From Azolla caroliniana (lineage: Eukaryota > Plantae > Polypodiophyta): DNA of 64,000 nucleotides. Shown piece after piece: positions 11,771-25,436 of the stretch. A model generated the notes under the pieces. That model saw only the letters and a program-made list of their open reading frames with translations. It had not been told where the DNA came from and ran no database searches. The stretch covers positions 9,362,001 to 9,426,000 of the forward strand of contig JBHGNT010000016.1 of the NCBI GenBank assembly GCA_043228905.1, written 5' to 3'. Both the position numbers and the translations under genes were made by a program. Each line of letters begins with the position of its first letter. Position 1 is the first letter of the stretch.

Positions 11771-14700
11771 ATGGTATCGTCGTTTGGTCCGGATACACCA
11801 GTCGATCGTAAACATCCTCGTACACATTCGGATACAAACCGTGTCGAAGAGGATTCTGCTGCAGTGCTACAGCAAGAAACAAGTCGGAGGTGGTCTTTAG
11901 TTCCCAACTTAATTGATGGTCAGTCAGACGGAAATCAGTCCGAAGAGGTCTCATTTTACGATACCTAGAGTGAAGACAATATGCCTTACCCTTACTCAAA
12001 ATTTCGAGAAGGTGTTGATGCAGAAGTGCATATTAGGGATTTCTTAACAACATGGGAAATAAACCATGGAGCTCAACGACTATCGGTTATAGTCGAGGAT
12101 AAGTCAAAAATAGTTGAGTTTGTTTTGTCATTAGATGGCCAGTCAGCAAATTGGTTTGTTTAGACTGGTTTTTGGGCATTTGAAACATTCAAACAATTAA
12201 CCAAAAAGTTTCTTCAATTGTTTCATCGACAGATTCCTCCGAAGGATCTGATAGCTCAAATTTATGCATTATATCAAGAATCCAATGAAACGGTGTCACA
12301 ATTTGTCATTCGCTTTCAGAATCTGCAATTACAAATTTCCAGGCCAATTCTGGATAAGGAACTAAAGGATATCTTTCTCGAGGCAATTCGGGAACCACTA
12401 CGAACAACATTAGTGATGTTCGATTTCCAAAGTCAGTCAATTGAGCAAGTGATTGATAAGGCCATTACTATGGGTCGAAACCCAAAAAATGTAAGAAGTA
12501 TGGATATGTCGGCATTGCATCATACTTTGCCAACTCTAGAAGAATTACAGTTTCGCCAAGCAGTACAGTGTACTACTTGTTTGAATATTGGGCATTCGAC
12601 AATCGAGTGTAGTTTACGTACACATTGCACAATCTGTCACTCTAAGGCCCATTTAGTAGAACAATGTGAATATAATTTTCTTAACAAAGCAACAACGCCA
12701 GTACGGCAAATTTTTCCGGAAAATGGTTACCAAGATTACCGTAATAGGTTCAATAATAGGTATCAGGAGGATGACCGATATGATAATCAGAAGTATTCGA
12801 AAAGACAACCGAATAATGAATAGAATGAATATAGGAGAAATGATAATCAAGGTCCAACAGAGGACACCTAACAGTATGATTATCGTCAGAATCGAGATCA
12901 GGATTTTTCAACACCGAAGGATAATAGTCGTCAACAACAACAAGGAGGTCGTTATCAGAATAAACAGAATTGGTCCAACAACAAAAAATTCTATTTGCAA
13001 GAAAGATGGACATTATGTAAATCAATGTCCATCTAAAATCAAAGGAAAACCACCTGCCGTTAATATGGTGATACCAGAAATTCAACAGGTCATTACCAAA
13101 AGTAAAGGTAAACAATCAGAATGGGAAATGCAAGATACTGTTAGAAAAGCAGGCATGGAATGGGTGGAAGAAGCAAATAAAAATAATGTGTCCAGGATGC
13201 TGCAGGACAATGAGGTAAACCAAGTTAACGAGCTACATGGAGCAATGGCCGTACAGGAACATGAGGAAGCTTGGAAAATCTTGACTGATTGCCAAGTATC
13301 TTTACCCTTGACGGGATTACTTAAATTAGTTCCATGGTTTACGGAGAAAGTGGCAACTTTGATTGCCCAAAAAGGGATAGAACAGGTAGCGGTTAATTAT
13401 AGTCAGCCAAGTAATAGTTTGACAGTTATGGATGAGCAGAATCCATCAATAAGAGTGATAATACATGCCCAAGAAATAGATGGCGCTATTGTAGATGGTG
13501 GATCAGGAGTAAATGTAATTAACAAAACTACTTGTGACAAGTTTGGTATCACTAAATGGGAAGCATGTCCATTTTGGTTGAGAATGACCAATACCAATAC
13601 GGTGCGATCGACCGGATTAATTAGGCAATTAGATGTCATTTTAGGTGGTCACACTTTTCAAATATCAGCAGTAGTGCTCCATTTGCAGGCTCCTGGGGCA
13701 TATCCTTTGTTGTTAGGGCGGCCATGGTTAAAGACTGCCAATATTAAGCAAAATTGGAATCATAATTTATTAACATTTCAGAAAGGAAAAAATAAAATTT
13801 GAGTATCCACCCACAATAAGATAACTACAAGTAGGCAATGTCTGTCGGTTCATGCAGAGGCAGTCAATATGATGGAAGGCTTGGACGAAGTGGAGGAGAC
13901 TAATTATTTTGATGATAACCCAAAAATTATTCCCTTGTTCGAAGTGGACATATTACAAGCTCTTACATCATATGTTGATCCACAAGATGACGTACCACTT
14001 GATGATCAAACAATGAAAGAAATCTGCCTTCAGCAGGAGGCTACCGAAAAAGAAATGAAAGTATCTCAACGAGTCCAAGCTTCGGCATTGGAGGAGATAA
14101 ATTTAGTTGGGGAAATAACACGCTCAAACCAAAAACAATATTGATTGCCAAGGATATGTTGTTAGCCACATTTCAAAGAGTCATACAGGAAATTTTTGCT
14201 GAATACATTCCAGCATTCATGCAAGTTTTCTTGGATGATTTTGTTGTATACAATCGAAAGTCAGAACATTTCGAACATTTGCAATTATGTTTGGAACGAT
14301 GTCGGAAAGGTCGGCGTAGCTTGAATCCGGCAAAATGCGCGTTCGGAGTTAGGAGTGGAGCATTATTAGGACACATTGTTAGTCAAGAAGGAATTACAAT
14401 TGACCCAGACAAGGTCAAAGCTATATTAGATGCACCAGCACCAACCAATTCTAAGAGCCTTAGTCAATTTTTAGGGCAAATTAGATGGCATAGCAGAATG
14501 ATAAGATATCTTGCTGATGTTGCAATTCCCTTACACACGGCAGTGCATAAAACACATTTCCAATGGATGAATGTGGAGCAGGATGCATACGACTGCCGAA
14601 GGAAGATGCTTTCTAGAGTTTCGGTTGTCCAACCACCTGATTGGAACAAACCATTTCATGTGTTTGTCGATGCATCCGATGTAGCAATCGGAAGTGCACT

Positions 14701-16410
14701 AATGCAGTTATCCGAACCAAGCTGGTATAGACCAATTTACTACGCAAGTCGGAAACTATCCACAGCAGAAAGGGATTATTTGACAGTTGAAAGGGAAGCT
14801 CTAGGAATGATTTACATTATCAACAAATTTTGACACTACCTTCTGGGGAAGAAATTTACATTCCATGTGGATCACTCTGCTTTACTATATTTGGTATCCA
14901 AATAGGAATTAACCGGCAAACTAGCACGTTGGATTCTATTACTTCAGGAATTTGAATTCAGCATTCTGCATAGACCAGGAGTACAACATGTCGTTGTAGA
15001 TTACCTTAGCCGATTAGACTCGAGAGAAGAAAGTATAGGAGTTAAAGATGATTTTCCGGATTGCCAACTCGTTCGAGTAGAGACGGTACAATTGCAGGAA
15101 ATAAATGAGGAAACCGAGGATGCTTGGATTACAGAAATGAAAATTTTTCTTACAACAGGGTTACCACCCAAGCATCTATTAGCTGACAAAAGAAAACAGT
15201 TAGCGGTTCGCAGTCGGAATTTTTGTCTTTTAAATGACACTTTGTATCATAAAGGAGGTGATGAAATTTGGCGACAAGCAGTACGAAAATCTGAGAAAGA
15301 GTTAATTCTTCGGGAATCTCACTTTGGTATCGCGGGAGGGCACTATGCCGGCAAAACTACTGCTCGGAACATTTGGAACAGTGGGTTATGGTGGCTGATA
15401 GTTATGAAGGATGCAGTCGAATACTATCGGAAATGCGATTTATGACATAGGATGGGTCAACTTACGGAAAATGACAGGATGCCATTTCAACACGTCTTTC
15501 CATTGGAACCATTCTAGAAATGGGGATTAGACTTTGTCGGCCCATTTAAACCAGAAGCAATTCGAACAGGGAATCGATACATCATAGTAGCCACCGATTA
15601 CTGCACTAAGTGGGTAGAGGCTAAACCTTTATGGGATAACACAGCAGCATTGACAACAAAATTTCTATACGAATGTATATGGTGCCAGTATGGGTGTCCA
15701 ATTGAATTGGTAAGTGACCAAGGTACACATTTTATTAATAAGATTGTACATGAATTATCTACATATTATGCAGTGGTTCATAAGAAAAGTACTCCTTATT
15801 ACCCTCAAGCCAATGGGCTAGCGGAGTCGACAAATAAAATGCTACAAGTGATACTCAAGAAAATAGTCAATGAAAATCATACAGATTGGGATCAGAAATT
15901 GAATAGTGCCTTATGGGCATATAGGACCATATAAGACTTCTATCAAATTGACTCCTTTCCGCATGGCATTCAGGTTAGAAGTCGTGATGCCAATAGAGTT
16001 TCAAGTTCCGACACTCCGAATTCAAGCAACAGAAAGGTTAGATGAGATACAGTCGGAACAAATTCGGAAAGAAGGATTACTACTACTATAGGAAAGTCGG
16101 ATACATGCTATGATAGATTTAGAGCGGAAGAAATGACAAACAAAAGCATTTGTGGATCGTCACCGTCAATATGCAGAGAAGGAGTTCGCAATCGGAAAAC
16201 CAGTGTTAGTATTTCAAACAAAAATGGGGTCTATGCCGGGGAAGCTTCGATTTCGATAGACGGGACCATTCTGCATTGTTAATAGCAGAAATGGTACGTA
16301 TCAAGTTGGGACACTGTCCGGGGACATCCTACCGAAATGGGTAAATGGTTTTCAGCTCAAACCCTATCACGTGTCAATACTAGAGAACCCCTTTCGGGCT
16401 ACATCCTTTG
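11771..16410 (+). pseudogene. Degenerate gag-pol of Gypsy B, RT N-terminal part deleted
   Basis: gag MPYPYSKFREG with CCHC knuckles; IVDGGSGVN protease; FLDDF RT; RNase H; integrase; jump LIAKDM>LATFQRV at ~14160 relative to C. Confidence 0.92.
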
Positions 16411-16430
16411 CAACCTGACATGGTAGATGT

Positions 16431-16440
16431 CACACACACA

Positions 16441-16480
<40 letters not shown>
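16431..16480. repeat. (CA)n microsatellite between pol and the extra ORF
   Basis: Direct reading. Confidence 0.9.
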
Positions 16481-16484
<4 letters not shown>

Positions 16485-16678
16485 AAAACTAACTATTATT
16501 ATCTTGGCACTAAAAGTAACTAACTGTCAGAAAAAGAAATCTTGGGAAAGTATTTGTAACACTATAAGTAACCTGGTGGTAATAATGCATGCACACTTTA
16601 AACGAGTAGTGGAGCCATTATTACTATTTTTAGACTATTACTTACATTAATAGTAGCATTTTCTATTTCCTAGGCATC

Positions 16679-19223
16679 ATGCAAGGATTCATTTCCTTAA
16701 AACCTATTTCTTCATCTTCTATGTCAACAACACAAAGATAGAAGCATATTCGTGCTGAAAAGTTTTCTGCTCTTCCGCGCCATAGCCTAAAGCTTTCTTC
16801 ACACAACACCGACCTTTCTCTCGAAGAAGAAATAATTCCAATCCCTATTTCCAATAACCTACGCCACTGGCTCGTAAATAAGAATCTGCAGGGTTTCATC
16901 AAGGTTGTAGAGGCAAAGCCCCACCCTCGTGTGGCAAAACTTCTGCAGCAGATTGACGTCTCCAAAATAACGAACAAACAGGTACGCCGAGTATTGGAAT
17001 TAAAATGAGAAGGCTTTCATGATATACAGAAAATGGCCAAGGACATGCTCATGTCGTATTTCGGAGAATATTCTCCCTCGGCCAAAGCTTTTCAAACACA
17101 AGGAGGGGAGGACGAATTTTTTCATGAAGTGGCCAAATTTTTGTTAGAAGTGGGTTTTGTTAGTCCCCGATTTTACTGCATACCCAAAAAGAGAACTGGC
17201 TTCATAATTGCCATGTACGAGGGCGAAGTTTTCAACTGGGGATTGCTGTCAGCAGAAGCTCTATGGGAGCAGCTGCGTGGGGTGCAAAAAGGGAAACCAA
17301 TGAAGCCGATCTTTGCTCGACGGTTGTTGGTGCTTTTTCCGACACAGAGATCGGAAAATCAACAAGAAGAGCAAAGGTCGCCATGACCACAAGCAGCTTT
17401 CCGTCCCTGAAGACAGGTAAAACGTGAGGAGTGGCAGGAAGCAGAATCGACGCAGGTCGATGCCACGCAACTAGAACCGGAACCACAACATCCAGTACCC
17501 TCACTAGTTCCGAAAATGACACAAAATCCCCAATCCGACTCTGTATCTGTCCCACAACCAACTACACAACCGCCCCAACTTGTGGAACCTGACCAACCGA
17601 CGCAACGACAACATCGGCTTTCCGCAGGCTCCACAAGAGGAACTTGCATAGAAAAAACAGAGAATAGAGGAGCAAGTTATGCAACCCACACAAGTACCTC
17701 GTATCAATCCAAATGACAGAACCAAACTCCAGAAAGGGAAGTCGTCGGTAACAATGGTGCAAGAAGGAACTGCATTCTCCGACATTCCTCCGGCCGCACA
17801 TGAACTTACCGCCATTCTACAATTCGGCACTTCCTATGAATTAGTAGAGTGGTTGGCCCATAGATTACAGGAGGTGTCAGAGAGAATGGCACAAGAGCAC
17901 CGAGATCAGATAAAGATCTAGAAATCATTAAGTGGAGCTGTCAAGCCGTAGGAGCAATAGATGGTCGATCGGATCGGCCGACAACAGAATGCGAAAAATA
18001 AGGGAGAAGCCATCCAGATGCCACCATTGCATGAGGCTCTAGTAGAGGTACATAGGGAATATGAAAAGGCAAGTAGAGTAGCCAAAGATATGGCTGATTT
18101 GTATATAAATTCAACGACAACATCGGAAATTTTGAATGCTCAATGCACAAATAAACAAGCCCAAAACCAGTAGTTGACGGAACAACTTCGACCTACAGAA
18201 GAACAACTGTGGAAAACAAAGGAAGAATTGTTGCAGTAGACTTCGTCAAGCAAACCCTTAGAGTTTGAACCAGACCTGCAACAAAAATTACAATAGGCAG
18301 AAGCAACACTCAAGGAGGCAGAAGTCAGAGCTGAGAAATCTAAAACCCGATCAAAGAAAATAGAGGATTGGTTACAATTAGCAAAAATGGAAGTCGACAA
18401 ATGGCTGGATGCTATGGACAATTTGATTCAAAGGTTGCGCCGACAGTTAGCACAACAATGAGAAACCACGCACCAACACGCAGAACAGGTCGAAGAGCTC
18501 GAAGAGTATATCAAAGTCCAGGAGGAATATTGCACTCAAGTGAACGAGAAATATATTCAAGAGCAAGAGGAATGGTCTTCCACGAAATTGAATTTAGAAC
18601 AACGGTGTGCAAACCTGGAAGTCATCTCCGAACAATGACGGCTCGACTTGTTGGGTGCTCAAGCACAGCTCTTGCAGGCGGAAGGTACAACCAATGCACA
18701 GATCATTGATTTACAGAAGGCATTGGCAGAAGCACAGTTCAAGATGAGTATGGACGAGGAAAAAATACGTACAATACTGAAATGCCACAAACTCAACACC
18801 TTGAAAATGGTCACCGAATCAATGGATAAGGGCTGGAAGACCTGGTCGGCACAAGCAGCAGAACTTCACCTTCTACGAGCCGATAGGGACAACCGGAAGG
18901 CACAAGGACAAGGCTTCTTCAAAATGACGAAAGAAGCAATATCAACTATTCAAGAAGATATTGCTAAAGATTTGTTCGACATGGCAGCTTGTCACCGCGA
19001 AGAAATTGGTGGACTCATGCAGGAATTCGATAAACATGACATCGACACAACTGTTCAGTTGGACGCCTTTGAAGCCGAAAGACAAACCCAAATTCCAATG
19101 TTCGACGCACCAAAGTTAAATGCACCATCACCACCACGACCATCGACCAAGGATACACAACAACTTGCGGATTCAAACGACGATGAACAAGGAGAGCCAA
19201 CAACACGAACCTTCCCTGTTTGA
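16679..19223 (+). pseudogene. Extra 3' ORF of Gypsy B (~850 codons, disrupted)
   Basis: Conserved N-terminal domain, Q/P-rich linker, LQFGTSYELVEWL block, coiled-coil-like region, GWKTWSAQAAEL block. Confidence 0.88.
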
Positions 19224-19320
19224 TATTTTGTAGGACAACACTGAAGATGAATTGGATGAGGACCTTCCTTCCGACTAGCTGGTATAGAAGGGTACCTTGG
19301 GTTTGGCTGGGCAAGGCCTT

Positions 19321-19337
19321 GGCCCACGGGCGTGCCA
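19321..19337 (-). other. Inverted PBS / tRNA-Arg 3'-end copy at the PPT position of B
   Basis: GGCCCACGGGCGTGCCA + AG + TGTTACCC (3' LTR start). Confidence 0.8.
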
Positions 19338-19686
19338 AGTGTTACCCGGACAAAGTGGGGAAGCGTCGCAATCAGAAGCGTCGGAGTCAGAGTTGAAGTC
19401 GAAGTCGGATCGAGGAAGAGGATCGATGAGTCATCATTTTGGCTAAATAATACTTAATACCGAAAATTATAGTTAGATACAAGTTTTGTAGTTCTGGCTG
19501 ATAAGGCAATATGTATTTCTTGATGAGGAAGTCACTCAGGTTGCCTATAAAAAGGAACGGAAGGCATTGTAAAATCTATCGTTTTACTTTTAGTAATATA
19601 AGTTTAGTTGTAGGAAGTCTCGGTGTACAACTGTTTCTTTTCTGTTATCTATTTCCACTCTACTACAACTATATTACGTAAGTAAC

Positions 19687-22600
19687 TGTAAAAAGTAGCG
19701 TGCAGAAGCAAGTATAAAGACAGAACAGAAGGGAGAACACTCAGGTTTAATGGAGAGCTTGAGCTTAGTATACGCGGGAGAGACCGAGAGAGTTGGAGAG
19801 AAGACACCAAAAGGAGAATCTATATTAAAAGACAAAAAACAAACATATATGTGTTCAATGAACACTTTGTACAAGCCCTAGAAGGACTGACTGGAGTACT
19901 GTCAGTACTTCAATGCTCATTAAGAGCTCCTACACTAACTCCCAAATATATTCCTCACGGAATATCTTTCCTAACGGCCTAACCAATCGGTCCCAGCCGA
20001 TCCGGTCCTCGGCTTCTTCAACCGATCCAGCCAATGTTGAGCTTGTCTCTCAACACTCCCCCTCAAGCTCAACTTGAGGCTCTTCGGGATCTTCATAGCT
20101 CCGGTTCCTCCTGGCTTCACGCCTCGCTCGCACTCCTCGACCTGTTCGACTCTGCGCGCTTCGACCCTTACGGTCGGCTTGTCTGCTCATGTGACCCTTA
20201 TCAGCTCTTCTGATGTTGCGGTGTCGACACTTCTTCTGCTGCCTTTTCTTCCGCTTGGGCCTCGGTTGATTCAACGTGTCTGAATCAAACATCCGAACCG
20301 ACTCAGCTACTTCCGATCGGTTTTTGCTCTCGTCCGAGTTGGCTGTCTCCAACTCGTCTTCGGTCTTCTCGCCCTCGATTGCGTCATCTCCCCCATGCGT
20401 GGTTGGCTTCGGCTCTCTCCTTCGGCTGCTCCCCTTCTATCCACTTTCGGACTTTTCCGTGGGTCCGCCCTCGGCTTCTTCAGCCAATCTGAAGTCGAAC
20501 TCGACAACCGAGTCAACCGACTCGGACTCCGTGTCGCGGTCTCTGCTCCTTTCCTGCTGCCTTGCTTGGTCGTTCGGGACTATTCTCCCCCTCAAGGTTG
20601 GCACGTCGAGGTGACGCAACCCGAGCGCAGCTGAGAATTGCCGCAACTTGTCCACACCAAGAGGCTTTGTGAAGATGTCGGCAGTCTGCCGATCCGTCGG
20701 CACGTACTGAAGTTCGACTTCACCGGAAAGGACACGCTCACGGACGAAATGGTAGTGCACCTCAATGTGCTTGGTCCGTGCGTGGAAAACGGGGTTCTTC
20801 GCGAGCTGGATTCTGATGAGTTTGTCGCAGTAGATCGTCGTCGGATCTGACACCTCCACCTGCAGGTCCTTAAGTAGCCGCTTCAACCATATGGCTTCGC
20901 ATGTCGCGACAGCCGCTCCTCGGTACTCAGCTTCGGTGCTCGACAGTGCAATTGTCAGCTGCTTCTTACTGCTCCACGCGATCGCGGCACTCCCGAGGGA
21001 GAACGCATATCCGGATGTGGATCGGCGATCGGCGGCGTGGCCAGCCCAGTCAGCATCGGTGTAGCCGACTAACTGCACGGCTGCACCGGTTCGATATAGC
21101 AGTCCGCGGTCCTTAGTGCCAATTACGTACCGCAGTACGCGTTGCGCACACTAAAGGTGCTCCTCGGTAGGTCGCGCCATGAACTGACTGATCACTCCGA
21201 CCAGATAACTGAAGTCGGGTCGGGTGATGGTCAAGTATATGAGGCTTCCGACAATTTGTCGGAACCTCGTCGGGTCGCATACCTTTCCCATATCGGGACG
21301 AAGCTTGACGGTTCTATCCAGAGGAGTCGAGACGGTCTTACAGTCGGCCATCCCGAATTTGAAGAGCATACTCAGCACGTAATGACGTTGGCTGATCAAT
21401 ATGCCTTCGGGGGTACAGATCACTTCGATCCCGAGGAAGTAATGAAGGTCCCCTAGATCCTTCATGTCGAATGATGCCGCAAGCTGGAGCTTCATGCGGT
21501 CGATTTCACCTAGGTTGGCGCCGGTGATGACCAAGTCATCAACATATAGTAGAATACTAACCAGTCCGAGTCGACCTTTCCGGATGAACAGGGAAGAGTC
21601 CGATTTTGACGTGACGAAGCCCATCCGACGCAGTTGTTGCGTGATCTTCGCGTTCCAGGCACGCGGGGCTTGCTTCAGTCCGTAAAGGGACTTCTTCAAT
21701 CGGCATACTGCCGAGGAGTTCGTTCCGGAGTGAAATCCGGGGGGCTGTACCATGTACACTTGTTCTTCAAGGTCACCTTGCAGGAACCCATTCCTTACAT
21801 CCATTTGATGTAGGTGCCACCCCTTGGCCGAGGCTACTGCGAGCAAAACACGGACGGTCGTCATTTTCGCGACCGGCACAAATGTCTCATCGTAGTCGAT
21901 GCCGTGTTTCTACGCGTAGCCCTTTGCCACTAGCCGAGCCTTGTACCGGTTGACCGAGCCATCGGTGTTGTACTTGACTTTGTACACCCACCTACACCCG
22001 ATCGGTTTTACCCCTCTTGGTGCGTCAACCAGGTCCCAGGTCTCATTCTCCGCCAATGCGTGCATCTCTTCCTCCATCGCGGCACGCCAATTCGCGTCTT
22101 TAGCCGCTTCTGCGTAGCTCTCCGGCTCACGCACTTCCGCTACACGGGTCATGTACGCATAATGATGCGCCATGTACTCGTTGTATCTGAACCGCAAAAC
22201 AGGATTCTTCTGGTGGGTAGATCGGCGTAATCTCACATTAGCCGATGTCGAGGCCTTCTCGGTCGACGCGGTCTTCATCTTTAAAGACCCGTCACCGGTT
22301 CCCTCGGAGTCGGACTCGCATCGGTCTGACTCGTTCCTTTCCGTGCCGGAATCTGACACCTTCTTCTTCCCTTTCTCTTTGTGCGTAAGCCGTCTCCTCG
22401 GCTTCCTGCGCGGGGATTGCACGGCCGAGTCTCCACTACTCGTCGGCTCTTCATCGGACTGGTCATACCGACTCAGTCGTCCAATCGGTCCACTTAACCG
22501 GAGTGAAATTGGACTCTCTTCGCGGGTCTCGATTTCGGGCTCATCCGGAGCCATCTCAGCCTCGCTGACCTCATCGTCAGACCTCGGATTGGAGTCGATG

Positions 22601-25281
22601 TTCGTAGTCGGGGGCAGGTACCATGACGCGGACTCGTCAAACACAACGTCGCGGCTGACACGCGCTTGTTTGGTGCGAGGGTTATAGCACTTATAACCCT
22701 TCCGCTCGTCCGAGTAACTGACCAAGATGCATTTCTCGGCCTTTGCGTCCAGCTTCCTCCTTTTCTCCTTCGGTATATGCACATACGCAATGCTACCGAA
22801 CACCCTCAAGTGTCACAAGTTCGGCTTCGTTCTGAAATATAGCTCGTGCGCCGACACTTTGTCTCCGATCTGGTTCTGGATGTATACCGCGGTCCTTACC
22901 ACCTCGGCCCAATAGAACTTGGGCAAGCTCTTCTCCTCCAGCATTGCCCGTGCCACTTCCACAACTGACCAATTCTTCCTCTCGGCCACGCCGTTCTGCT
23001 CCGGCGTGTATCTGCAACTGAATTCGCGTCGAATTCCCATTTGTTGTAGATAACCGTTGAATTGACCTGAAAAGTACTCTTTCCCGCCATCCGACCACAG
23101 GCACTTGATCTTTCGTCCCGTTTCCGTTTCCACGAACCCTTTGAGGTCCCGGAAACAGTCGAAGACTTCGCTCTTCCTCTCAATGAGGTAGATCCACGTG
23201 TGCCGCGTGTGGTCGTCGATGAAGGAGACGAAATATCGGCTCCCGCCAAGACTAACGTTTTGTGCCGGCCCCCATACATCGGAGTGTATAAGGTCGAGCT
23301 TGTTCCGGCTCCGGTTTCGCTCGTTGGGGAAGGGAAGTCGGTGTTGCTTCCCGAGCTAGCAGGCTTCACAAATTTGTGCCTTTCGGCCACTAAATTTGGG
23401 CAATCCGAACACTACCTGTTTCGATTGCAGATCTTGAAGCCGCTGGTAGTTGACGTGCCCTATCCGCTTGTGCCACAAGTCGATGTCTGACTCGGCTTTT
23501 TGTCCCTTCGCGAACATTGCGGTGCCGCCGTCAATGGAATCGAGGATGAACATCCTCCCGTCTCTGCGCCCTTGCGCAATCACACGGCCTTCTTCCTCAA
23601 TGAAGCACCCGAGGTGTGTAAACCGAACCTCCATCCCTTGGTCGACGATCTGTCCGACCGAGACCAAGTTTTTCGTGATTGTCGGAACGTGCAGCACATT
23701 CATGAGTTTCCCTTTCTGCCCAACATGGCTAAGGCGATCGGATGCGGAGTGTCGTCTCCAGTTGCGACTACTCCAGGTTGTATCGGTTTTTCAAGGTACA
23801 AAAACCACTCCTTATGGCTCGTCATGTGGTTTGACGCGCCGGAGTCAACATACCACACCTCGTCCGATCTCGGGGTGGTCTGTTTCATTGAGTTTGCTTC
23901 GTGTCTCGTCACGAAGGCAGACCATTCTCCGTCTCTCCCGGAGTCTTCGGCGTAGTGCGATCGCTACCGATTTCCCTTGTCGGTATGTCCGGAGCCCTTT
24001 CCGTAACCAATTCTCTCCAAATCGGCGCGCTTCTTCCAGCACTCACTTTCCCTGTGGCCTTTCTTGCCATAGTACCAGCACTCTGCGATGGCCTTCCCTT
24101 GCCGGTTCTCATCGCTTCGACTCCCCCTGTTTCTGGAGGGTCCGGAGTTGCTGTCGGCATCACTTCGGTGCCTTCTTCCTTGATCTCGTCGGCCGCTTCC
24201 ATTGCGTACCGACTCGCCTCGTCCGCCACGACCACGGGGCCTTTCTCCCTCCGTGTACAACATCTTGCTGTCGGTGTGCGTGCTCATCGACGCACCCGCG
24301 TGGTTCTCCTCTACCAGGAGCATCGACTGTAAGTCGAAAAAGGACGGCGTATTCTCCCGGGTACACACAAACGTTCGGAACGCTCCGAACTTCGACGCCA
24401 AACCTCCGAGACAGATCTGGACCATCTTGCTCTCCTCGATGTTCACCTCTATGGAGGCGAGGGAGTCGCAAATATCCTTGATCTTCGAGGTATAGTCCGC
24501 CACCGACAAGTCGCATTGTCGTAGGTTGCTCAACTCCTGTCGGAGCTGAAGCTTCCTGGCTGTGGTGCTCGTAGCGAAGATCTTCTTCAAATTTTCCCAC
24601 GCACCCTTCGGCGTCTTTGCATCCTGAACATAGCTCAATAGTTGTTCGCCCACACACGATGCGAAGCAGTATAATACCCTGCTCGCCGATTGCTCCCACG
24701 ACGGAAAGTCTCTGTGTGTCGATTTGGGTGCCGCGTCATTAGCTCCTTCGACATAACTCCAGTAGCCGTGCCCGAGCAGGTACTGGTGCATCTTGTAGGA
24801 CCAAGACGCGTAGTTGGTTCTGTCGAGCTTCTCTGTTGGAAGCGAGCTCGCCATGCCTCTATCCATCGTTCTTCTTGTTCTTCTTCGTCAAGCTGTGTCG
24901 GCTATAGAGAGGTTCTCAACCCTCGCGCTCTGATACCATGTAAAATGTAGTGTGCGGAAGCAAGTATAAAGACAGAATAGAAGGGAGAACACTCAGGTTT
25001 AATGGAGAGCTTGAGCTTACACAGTATACGCGGGAGAGACCGAGAGAGTTGGAGAGAAGACACCAAAAGGAGAATCTATATCAATGAACACTTTGTACAG
25101 GCCCTAGAAGGACTGACTGGAGTATTGTCAGTACTTCAATGCTCATTAAGAGCTCCTACACTAACTCCCAAATATATTCCTCACGGAATATCTTTCCTAA
25201 CGGCCTAACCGATCGGTCCCAGCCGATCTGGTCCTCAGCTTCTTCAACCGATCCGGCCGATGTTGAGCTTGTCTCTCAACA
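19687..25281 (-). mobile_element. Copia-2, full length, inserted in the 3' LTR of B
   Basis: TSD GTAAC (19682-19686, 25282-25286); LTRs 19687-20055 and 24939-25281; iMet PBS 24927-24938; PPT 20056-20067. Confidence 0.96.
20050..24866 (-). pseudogene. Copia-2 gag-pol with several stops/frameshifts and a C-terminal extension
   Basis: MASSLPTEKLDRTNY gag; WYVDSGAS; SDGGKEY; LLYVDDLV; GYTDADW; HARTKHIEVHYHF. Confidence 0.93.
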
Positions 25282-25436
25282 GTAACGATCTCGATGTCTG
25301 TGTAACATCGATAAGATTACAGTAACTTAATATCTATTTGCAAAGCCACAATTCTTTGATAGAACATTCAGTACAAAACGTTCGAACTCTGCTGTGTGTC
25401 GGCGACCGAGTCGGCTATCGGCAGAACAACACTCGG

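Larger units (their letters stand above)
11240..25431 (+). mobile_element. Gypsy element B, both LTRs present, inserted in the extra ORF of A
   Basis: TSD CTCGG (11235-11239, 25432-25436); 5' LTR 11240-11716; 3' LTR 19340-25431 split by Copia-2; TGTT...AACA termini. Confidence 0.95.

Noticed and set aside
23450-24481. Long antisense ORFs over Copia coding regions (also 7950-8516 and similar)
   Set aside because: Shadow frames of GC-rich coding DNA with no recognisable motifs
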